Origin: an uncultured Chloroflexia bacterium
Lineage (GTDB): Bacteria; Chloroflexota; Limnocylindria; Limnocylindrales; CSP1-4
NCBI GenBank assembly: GCA_963776545.1
Contig: CAVZND010000007.1
Span: forward strand, 8,631 to 72,630
Length of the DNA: 64,000 nt
Direction: 5' to 3'
Shown one piece after another: positions 36,083 through 43,450 of the stretch (within the stretch, counting starts at the first letter, position 1; each line of letters opens with the position of its first letter). A program made the position numbers and the translations under genes. The notes under the pieces were generated by a model. That model saw only the letters and a program-made list of their open reading frames with translations, had not been told where the DNA came from and did not search any database.

Positions 36083-37060
36083 ATGCGGGTCGTCATCACG
36101 GGCGCCGCGGGGTTCATCGGCCGGGTCCTCGTCCGCCAGTCGGCCGCGCGCGGCGATCACGTCGTAGCCGTGGTCCGCGATCCGGACGCCGCGGCGAATC
36201 TGGCGGCACCGAACGTCGAGCTGATCCGGAGCGACCTGTCCGACATCGCCTCGCTGACCGAGCTCGCACGCGGCGCCGAGGGCCTCGTCCATGCCGCCGG
36301 CTCGTATCGGGTCGGGATCCCGGTCTCCGAGCGTCCGGCGATGCTCGACGCGAACCTCGGGACGACCGAGCGGGTGCTCGATGCCGCGCATCGCCGCCGG
36401 CGTGCCGCGCATCGTGTGCCTCTCGACGATCAACGCCTACGGGAACACCCGCGGCCGGGTCGTCGACGAGACGTACCGGCGCGACCCGCCGACGGCTTCG
36501 GGAGCTACTACGACGAGACGAAGTGGCTCGCCCAGCTCGCAGCGGAGGAGCGCATCGCGAACGGCGCGCCGATCGTCATCGTCCAACCGGGCACGACGTA
36601 CGGCCCGGGCGACCATTCGTCGCTCGGGCAGCAGCTGCTGCAGGCGTACCTGGGCACGGCGGCGTTCATCGCCTTCGGCAGCCTGGGCGTCAGCCCGGTC
36701 CACATCGACGACCTCGCGGCCGGGATCCTCGCGGCGCTCGACCGGGGCCGCCCGGGCCGGACGTACGCACTCGGCGGTCCGAACATCCGGCTGAAGGACG
36801 CGATGGGCATGGCGGCCCGGGCAGGTGGCCACGGCCCGCCTCGGCTCAGCGTCCCGAACTGGTTCCTGCGCATCGGGGCGCGACTCGGCCCCAACCTCGG
36901 CGGGCTCTTCGGGTTGTCACCGAACCTGCGCGAGATCCTCGCCGCGGCGGACGGCGTCACGTTCTGGGCGAGCTCCGCTCGGGCCGCGGCCGAGCTGGGG
37001 TATCGGCCGCGCGATCCGGCCGCGGGCTTCGCGGATGCCTTCGGCGGCGAGAGCCGCTGA
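36083..37060 (+). CDS. NAD-dependent epimerase/dehydratase (extended SDR); about 34 codons appear out of frame (compensating +1/-1 indels)
   Basis: Rossmann motif [12 protein letters not shown] and C-terminal SDR features are in the main frame. The expected core [34 protein letters not shown] is encoded in the +1 frame between about 36389 and 36491. After that the main frame resumes with [14 protein letters not shown] (YxxxK). Confidence 0.8.
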   Translation: MRVVITGAAGFIGRVLVRQSAARGDHVVAVVRDPDAAANLAAPNVELIRSDLSDIASLTELARGAEGLVHAAGSYRVGIPVSERPAMLDANLGTTERVLDAAHRRRRAAHRVPLDDQRLREHPRPGRRRDVPARPADGFGSYYDETKWLAQLAAEERIANGAPIVIVQPGTTYGPGDHSSLGQQLLQAYLGTAAFIAFGSLGVSPVHIDDLAAGILAALDRGRPGRTYALGGPNIRLKDAMGMAARAGGHGPPRLSVPNWFLRIGARLGPNLGGLFGLSPNLREILAAADGVTFWASSARAAAELGYRPRDPAAGFADAFGGESR

Positions 37061-37097
37061 GCGGCGACCCGACCGGCCCCGTCGTACACTCCCGGGC

Positions 37098-38159
37098 ATG
37101 GCCCGCGACCTCCCGATGTTCACCCCGCCGCCCGATCCGGCCGGGGTCGCGCACGCGCATCGATCGGACCTGCCGATCGCCCTGGGCGGCGGCGCCGCCG
37201 GTGAGCCGGCCGCTGATGGATCGGTGGCGCTGCGGCGTCATCCGGACTGGATCCGCGCAAGGATGCCGTCCGGCCCGAACTACCATGACCTCAAGGGCAT
37301 CCTGCGCGGCCTCTCGCTCAACACGGTCTGCGAGGAGGCCCGCTGCCCCAACATCGGGGAGTGCTGGGACCAGCGCACGGCCACGATCATGATCCTCGGC
37401 GACACGTGCACCCGTGCGTGCGGGTTCTGCGCGGTCAAGACCGGCCGTCCCACCTGGTTCGATGACGACGAGCCGCGACGCGTGGCGGAGGCCGTCGGCC
37501 AGCTGGGCCTCGAACACGTGGTCGTCACGTCGGTCGCCCGCGACGACCTGCCCGACGGCGGGTCGGGCATCTTCGCCGAGACCATCCGGCGGATGCGCGA
37601 GACGTCGCCCGGCATGGGCATCGAGGTCCTCATCCCGGACTTCGACGGATCGGACGACCGCCTGCGGACGGTCATGGACGCACGACCGGACATCCTCAAC
37701 CACAACCTCGAGACCGTGCGGCGCCTGCAGAAACCGGTCCGGAAGCGAGCGCGCTGGGACCGGAGCCTGTACGTCCTGCGTCGGGCCAAGGAGATGTCCG
37801 CCGAGATCGGTTACCCGGCGCACACGAAGTCGAGCCTGATGGTCGGTCTCGGCGAGACGCGCGACGAGCTCACCGAGGCGTTCGAGGCGCTGCGCGAGGC
37901 CGACGTCGACATCCTCACGATCGGTCAGTACCTGCGCCCCTCGACCAAACACCTGCCGCTCGAGCGCTACTACCACCCCGACGAGTTCGCCGAGATGAAG
38001 GTCGAGGCTTCAGCGCTCGGGTTCAAGCACGTCGAGTCGGCGCCGCTCGTGCGCTCGAGCTATCACGCCCGCGACCAGGTCCCCGGCGCCGAGCTGAAGC
38101 GCCTTCGCCGCCAGGCGACCATCGACGCCGAGGGTCGGATCGTCCCGCTCGCCGGCTGA
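37098..38159 (+). CDS. lipA: Lipoyl synthase
   Basis: [12 protein letters not shown] plus radical-SAM CTRACGFC, then [28 protein letters not shown]. The track ORF from 36825 is an upstream-open frame. Confidence 0.93.
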   Translation: MARDLPMFTPPPDPAGVAHAHRSDLPIALGGGAAGEPAADGSVALRRHPDWIRARMPSGPNYHDLKGILRGLSLNTVCEEARCPNIGECWDQRTATIMILGDTCTRACGFCAVKTGRPTWFDDDEPRRVAEAVGQLGLEHVVVTSVARDDLPDGGSGIFAETIRRMRETSPGMGIEVLIPDFDGSDDRLRTVMDARPDILNHNLETVRRLQKPVRKRARWDRSLYVLRRAKEMSAEIGYPAHTKSSLMVGLGETRDELTEAFEALREADVDILTIGQYLRPSTKHLPLERYYHPDEFAEMKVEASALGFKHVESAPLVRSSYHARDQVPGAELKRLRRQATIDAEGRIVPLAG

Positions 38160-38283
38160 GGTCGGTCAGGCTCGCTCGGGGCCCAGGAACCCGAGGGCGG
38201 CCTCGTCGTCCAGCTGCAGCGCCGCGACGGACCCAAGCACTTCCCCTTCTGCGATTGATGGCGACCCGTGCCACGATTGGCAC

Positions 38284-38979
38284 GTGGAGCCCGGAGATCG
38301 AGTCGAGGGCATCGAGTTCGCGATCGCGCCCGTGGCACCGCGCCGCCGGCGCGTCGATCTCGCCGCCATCGGTGCGGTCGTGGTCGCGCTGGGCGTGGTC
38401 GTCGCGGCGTTGAAGCCCTGGGCCGAACCGTCGTCGGCCCTTACTGACGCGGCATCCGCACCGCCCGCACCGACGGCCGCGGTCGTGGTGTCCGCCGAGG
38501 CCCCGACGTCGCCCGACCGGATGTTCGCCGTCATCGACGCGCACGATGCGTGGGGTGTCCGGGCGATCGTTCGCGGTAGCTCCTCGGTCGACGGCCCGGC
38601 CGCCTCGCCGTACGCCGAGCGCTGGACCGCCGCGGAAGAGCGAGCCGGCGGGGACCGACTGGCCGTACTCGACACGGGCGAACGGTCCGTCCTCGCCCTG
38701 GGGGTCACCGTGCCCGGCTTCGTTTCGCCACGGGACGTACAAGTCTGGCGTCCCGCGGACGATGGATCGTGGGAAGTGCTGGACGTGGCTCATGTCGCGC
38801 AATCGGCGCCGGGTGGCGCGATGCTGCTGGAACCGCCGACCGATCCCGTGACGGGCAGCGACATCTGGCCGGCCGGCGCCTACCGGATCGAACTACGGAT
38901 CGGCACCCGCACCTCCACCATCGACCTGCGCCTGCCCGGCCGGTTCGAGCGCATTCCGGAGCCGCCGACGGCCGGCTAG
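38284..38979 (+). CDS. Membrane-anchored hypothetical protein
   Basis: GTG start, one TM helix (LAAIGAVVVALGVVVAAL), an Ala/Pro linker, then a beta-rich domain. Consistently high third-position GC. No family recognised. Confidence 0.6.
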   Translation: MEPGDRVEGIEFAIAPVAPRRRRVDLAAIGAVVVALGVVVAALKPWAEPSSALTDAASAPPAPTAAVVVSAEAPTSPDRMFAVIDAHDAWGVRAIVRGSSSVDGPAASPYAERWTAAEERAGGDRLAVLDTGERSVLALGVTVPGFVSPRDVQVWRPADDGSWEVLDVAHVAQSAPGGAMLLEPPTDPVTGSDIWPAGAYRIELRIGTRTSTIDLRLPGRFERIPEPPTAG

Positions 38980-39017
38980 GCGCCCGTCATCCCACCTCGT
39001 CGGGTACCCTGCTGACC

Positions 39018-40073
39018 ATGGTCCGCCCGCTCTCCCGGAAGCTCCCGCTCGCTGAGCTTCACTGTCATCTCGGCGGCGCCGTGACCCCGGCGATCATGTG
39101 GGGCATCGCCCACGCCCAGGGCATCAAGCTGCCGACGAAGGACTACTGGGAGTTCCGCGACATGATCACGGTGTCGCCACGGCGGAACCGGTCGTTCGAC
39201 GGCTACCTCCAGCTCTTCCACTGGACCGAGCTCATCCAGAGCTCGCCGCTCGCGGTCGAACGGAGCGTCTACGAGGTCGTCGGCGGCGCGTATCGCAAGA
39301 ACAACGTCACGACGATGGAGCTGCGCTTCAACCCGATGAAGCGGAACCGCGGCGGCGAGCAGGATCTCGACCACATCATCGCGGCGGCAGTTCGCGGCAT
39401 GGACAAGGCCGGGCTGGAGTACCCGGTCAAGCCGGGGCTCATCTTCTGCCTGGACCGGGCGTTCCCGTTCGAGCTCAACGAGATCATCGTGGACAAGGCG
39501 ATCGCCTGGCGCGACCGGGGCGTCGTCGGGGTCGACATCGCCGGGCCGGAGGCAGCCACGTTCCGCGTCGCCGACTACCGGCGGCTCTTCCGGCGGGCGC
39601 GCCAGTTCGGCCTCGGACTCACGGTCCACACCGGCGAGTCCGGACCGGTCGAGGAGGTCGCCCGCGTCGTGGAGCTGCTCGAGCCCGACCGCATCGGCCA
39701 CGGGGTCAAGGCCGCGTATGACCCGCGTGCGATGGAGATGATCCGCGACCGCGGCATCGTCCTCGAGATCTGCCCGACCTCGAACCTGAACACGCGCGTC
39801 GTGTCGGGCTGGGACGAGTTCCGCTGGATCTTCGACACCTTCCGACGCAACGAGGTCCGGTTCACGATCAACACCGACGGCCCGGAGATGCTCAAGACGT
39901 ACATTCGCGACGAGATGGCGCAGCTCGGACGCCTGGGGATCCTGTCGGTGGCGGACCAGGAGGCCGCCGCCGCGACGTCGCTCGCGGCATCCTTCGTCCC
40001 GAACGTCTCGGACGTCCCGGCGCCGCGCCTCGAACCCGCCCGCCGCGAGGTCGTCGAACGCGAGGAGGCGTAA
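39018..40073 (+). CDS. Adenosine/adenine deaminase-family metallo-hydrolase
   Basis: Metal-ligand motifs ELHCHLGG, LTVHTGES, IGHG, FTINTDGP. Confidence 0.87.
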   Translation: MVRPLSRKLPLAELHCHLGGAVTPAIMWGIAHAQGIKLPTKDYWEFRDMITVSPRRNRSFDGYLQLFHWTELIQSSPLAVERSVYEVVGGAYRKNNVTTMELRFNPMKRNRGGEQDLDHIIAAAVRGMDKAGLEYPVKPGLIFCLDRAFPFELNEIIVDKAIAWRDRGVVGVDIAGPEAATFRVADYRRLFRRARQFGLGLTVHTGESGPVEEVARVVELLEPDRIGHGVKAAYDPRAMEMIRDRGIVLEICPTSNLNTRVVSGWDEFRWIFDTFRRNEVRFTINTDGPEMLKTYIRDEMAQLGRLGILSVADQEAAAATSLAASFVPNVSDVPAPRLEPARREVVEREEA

Positions 40074-40088
40074 GCCCCTCGCCCCGAC

Positions 40089-40811
40089 TCAGTCGCCCGC
40101 GCGTTCCTCGATCCGGTAGCTGCAGCAGCGGTCGCCCGAGGCGATGTGCGTCTCGCGCACGACGTCCGCGCCGAGCACTTCGCGGAACAGCTCGAGCTCG
40201 GCCTGGCAGGCGGCCGGTGTCGCCCGCGCGACGTGGTAGATCGCGCAGTTGTGCTCGCGCAGCCGGATCGTGCCGTCGGCATCGACCGATGCGTCGGCGA
40301 GATAGCCCTGCTCGGCCTGGATGACCGCGAGCTCCATCACCCGGTCCCGGAGCGGTGCACCGTCGGGGACTCGTTCCGCGAGCCTGCCGCGAACCCGGGC
40401 ACCGAGCTGGCAGCGCCGCGCGGCGAAGACTTCGTCCAGGAGGTCGTCGCCGCCGATCGCCCCGATGGCTGCCAGGAGCCCGGCGGCCAGCGCGTCATAG
40501 GTCGATGGGAAGAGATCCTGGGCGTCGGCGGTCACGTCGTAGAGGTGCCGCGGCCGGCCGACGCCGTGGCGCACGGTCTGTCGACTGACCAGGTGCGCCG
40601 CCTCGAGGGCTCGCAGCTGCTGCAGGACGCCGGTCCGTGAGGCGCCCAGCCGCGCGGCCAGCTGGTCCGGCGACGAGGGGCCGTCCAGGCGCAGACGAAG
40701 GAGCAGGTCACGGCGGAGGCTGGATGGGCCACCGGCGGTTGCCGAATGGACGGACCCTGAGGTGACGGCGGGTCCGCCCGATTCCGGGACCGACGGTGAG
40801 GTCTCGGGCAT
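40089..40811 (-). CDS. ArsR-type HTH regulator with C-terminal Cys cluster (SufR-like)
   Basis: wHTH LAARLGASRTGVLQQLRALEAAHLV...GRPRHLY. C-terminal HNCAIYHVA..PAACQAELELF...GDRCCSY resembles the Fe-S-binding domain of SufR-type regulators. Confidence 0.78.
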   Translation of the reverse strand: MPETSPSVPESGGPAVTSGSVHSATAGGPSSLRRDLLLRLRLDGPSSPDQLAARLGASRTGVLQQLRALEAAHLVSRQTVRHGVGRPRHLYDVTADAQDLFPSTYDALAAGLLAAIGAIGGDDLLDEVFAARRCQLGARVRGRLAERVPDGAPLRDRVMELAVIQAEQGYLADASVDADGTIRLREHNCAIYHVARATPAACQAELELFREVLGADVVRETHIASGDRCCSYRIEERAGD

Positions 40812-40885
40812 CCGCGAAGGCTAGCACCGGTCTCCGCAGCGCGCTGTCCGGTCGAGCCGCGACCGTGGCTGGTACGCTCGCCGCG

Positions 40886-42052
40886 ATGGATCTGGACCTC
40901 TCGCCCGAACACGCTCTGCTGCGCGACACGGTTCGCGAGTTCATGCTCAGCGAGGTGGCGCCTGTCGTCGACGAACACGAGCGGGAGCGGCGGTTCCCGA
41001 GCGAGATCGTGCGGCGCATCGGGGAGCTGGGCTGGCTCGGCATCCCGATCCCCGAGGACGAGGGTGGTGCCGGGCTCGATACGCTCGCCTATGCCATCGC
41101 CGTCGAGGAGATCGGCCGCGTCTGGGGATCGCTCGGGCTCATCGTCGCGGCCCACACGAGCCTCGGCTGCGGCCCGCTCCACCTGGCCGGTTCGCACGAG
41201 CAGCGGCAGCGATACCTCGTGCCGATGGCGCAGGGCAAGGTCATCGGCGCCTACGGCCTCACCGAACCCAGCGCCGGGAGCGACTCGGGTGGGACGCGGA
41301 CCACCGCTCGTCGGGAATCCGGGCCGGATGGCGAGGAGTGGGTCCTCGACGGCCGCAAGCGGTTCATCACGAATGCCGGACAGGCCGGCACGTACATCGT
41401 CACCGCCCGCACCGGCGATCGCGATGGTGGGTCGCCCGAGATCAGCGCCTTCATCGTCTCGGCCGATACGCCCGGGTTCTCAGTCGGGCGGCTCGAGGAC
41501 AAGCTCGGCCTGCACGCCTCGGCCACGGGCGAGCTGCTGTTCGAGGGGGCCCGGATCCCCGCCGCCAACATGCTCGGCGAGCAGGGGAGTGGCTTCAAGA
41601 CGTTCCTGGCCATCCTCGACGGCGGGCGCATCAGCATCGGGGCGCTCGCGGTGGGTCTCGCCCAGGCCGCCCTGGACGCTGCCATCCCGTACGCGCAGAC
41701 GCGCGAGCAGTTCGGCCGGCCGATCGGCTCGTTCCAGGGGGTCGCGTTCATGATCGCGGACATGGCGACCGAGATCGAGGCCGCGCGGGCCATGGTCTGG
41801 CGTGCGGCCTGGCTCAAGGACCAGGGTCGTGACTACGGGTTGGCCGCCGCCGAGGCGAAGCTCTTCGCGTCGGAGGTCAGCGCTCGAGCCACGAATAACG
41901 CCATCCAGGTGCATGGCGGCTACGGCTATGTGACCGACTACCCCGTAGAGCGCTTCATGCGCGACGCGAAGCTGACCGAGATCGGCGAGGGCACGAGCCA
42001 GGTCCAGCGCCTCGTCATCGCCCGCCGGATCCTCGGCCTGCGGGTGGTCTAG
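40886..42052 (+). CDS. Acyl-CoA dehydrogenase
   Basis: GAYGLTEPSAGSD, RFITNAG, QFGRPIGSFQGV, IQVHGGYGY, and the catalytic-Glu region TEIGEGTSQVQR. Confidence 0.93.
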   Translation: MDLDLSPEHALLRDTVREFMLSEVAPVVDEHERERRFPSEIVRRIGELGWLGIPIPEDEGGAGLDTLAYAIAVEEIGRVWGSLGLIVAAHTSLGCGPLHLAGSHEQRQRYLVPMAQGKVIGAYGLTEPSAGSDSGGTRTTARRESGPDGEEWVLDGRKRFITNAGQAGTYIVTARTGDRDGGSPEISAFIVSADTPGFSVGRLEDKLGLHASATGELLFEGARIPAANMLGEQGSGFKTFLAILDGGRISIGALAVGLAQAALDAAIPYAQTREQFGRPIGSFQGVAFMIADMATEIEAARAMVWRAAWLKDQGRDYGLAAAEAKLFASEVSARATNNAIQVHGGYGYVTDYPVERFMRDAKLTEIGEGTSQVQRLVIARRILGLRVV

Positions 42053-42058
42053 CGGGGC

Positions 42059-42805
42059 TCAGTCCACCCGGGCGAGGCGGACGATCAGCCGGTACTGGCT
42101 GCGCGAACCGACGCACGTCTGGAGCGTGAGGCTCGGCTTCGCCTGGGCGGCGTAGGCCCAGGTCCCCTTGGTCGGGGTGGTGACCTTCCACCACGCGACC
42201 TTGTAGGTGCGCACGCGACCGTTCGAGTCGGCGTAGTAGAGCTTCGCGCCCTTCTTCAGGCGGCCCTTGACGTACGCGTCGTGGAGGGACCGGAAGACGC
42301 TGTGGGCGTGCCCGAAGAGATAGACGTTGTTCTTGCCGGCGCAGCCCCAGCGATACACCCGGTTGCCGGGGTAGGACTTGTTCGAGCACGAGTAGCTCGC
42401 CACCGAGCGGTCGATCCGAAGGGACGGCATCCAGACGTGGTTCCGGCCCTTGTACTTGGACGGTTTGGCCGGGTCAGCAGCCGAAGCGACCTTGGCCTCC
42501 GCCGCCGGGCGGACGGTCGGTATCCGCGGCGTCGGTCGCTGACCAGGCGCCGCCACTGGGACCGCCGGTCCGTTGACCGGCGCGGCTGCGGCGCCCGTGC
42601 CGAGGGTCGTCGCGTCAGCGAGTCGTGATTCGGCCGCGAGGACCTCGCCGGTCGGTGCCGGGACGGCGGCCTGATCCGCGCCCGCGCTCGTCGCCCGCGG
42701 GGCGATCGCGTCGCGGCCGACGGCGCCCGAAACGGTCCCGATCGCGAGGCTCAGCGCCAGCGCCGAGGTCGTCAGGAATCGCCGGGCGCGAGACGTGCGG
42801 GCCAT
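42059..42805 (-). CDS. Secreted sortase-like (class F-like, peptidase C60) protein
   Basis: Tat-like signal SRARRFLTT. A long Ala/Pro linker precedes the sortase triad context: VYLFGHAHSVF (His), LTLQTCVG (Cys), RLIVRL (Arg). Confidence 0.68.
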   Translation of the reverse strand: MARTSRARRFLTTSALALSLAIGTVSGAVGRDAIAPRATSAGADQAAVPAPTGEVLAAESRLADATTLGTGAAAAPVNGPAVPVAAPGQRPTPRIPTVRPAAEAKVASAADPAKPSKYKGRNHVWMPSLRIDRSVASYSCSNKSYPGNRVYRWGCAGKNNVYLFGHAHSVFRSLHDAYVKGRLKKGAKLYYADSNGRVRTYKVAWWKVTTPTKGTWAYAAQAKPSLTLQTCVGSRSQYRLIVRLARVD

Positions 42806-42930
42806 GGGGCCAGCGTCGCGTGACCGACCCCTTGCGGGCCGTCACCCGGTCGTCCCATCCGGCCGAGGCAAGAGGACCGTGACGGACCGCACCCATCCCC
42901 GGCGGACCCATGCAGAGCCGCCCGGAACGC

Positions 42931-43410
42931 CTAGCCGCCGTTGCCGGCCGCGGCCTCCAGGCCCGCCCGCAGGGCGGCTTCGAACGCGGGCGCCCACGGG
43001 CCCTGGCCGGCGAGGACATACGGCGACTGGTCGATCGACTCGAAGGTCTCGGGGTCGGTGACGTAGCTGCGAGCGCAGTCGTCGACCGTGGAGCGCAGCC
43101 GCTCGAACACCTCGCCGGTCCGGAAGACGTACAGGTACAGGCGGACCGGCGGCGCCTGGCCGGCGCCGGACGCGTCCATGGCGATCGCCGTCGGGATCAG
43201 CACGGGGTCGTCGCAGCCGGCGTCACCGGACACGACGTTGTCGATCACGATGCCGCGACGGGTCAGCTCGATCGCGAGGTCCGGAAAGTCGGCGGGCGTC
43301 GGTTCGGGCGGCGTGGTGGACACCAGGCCGCAGGCCCCGGCGGCGAGCGCGACGAGCACGAGGCCGGCGAGGCCGGAGCGACGGGGGGACATCGGCACGA
43401 AGGCTACCAT
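42931..43410 (-). CDS. Lipoprotein, unknown function
   Basis: Lipobox LAAGAC-G. Lies 40 nt downstream of the last VWA gene on the same strand. No family recognised; alternative start at 43392. Confidence 0.6.
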   Translation of the reverse strand: MVAFVPMSPRRSGLAGLVLVALAAGACGLVSTTPPEPTPADFPDLAIELTRRGIVIDNVVSGDAGCDDPVLIPTAIAMDASGAGQAPPVRLYLYVFRTGEVFERLRSTVDDCARSYVTDPETFESIDQSPYVLAGQGPWAPAFEAALRAGLEAAAGNGG

Positions 43411-43450
43411 CGACCGCTTCGCTCGTCGGCCGGTACGATCTGGCGCCGGA

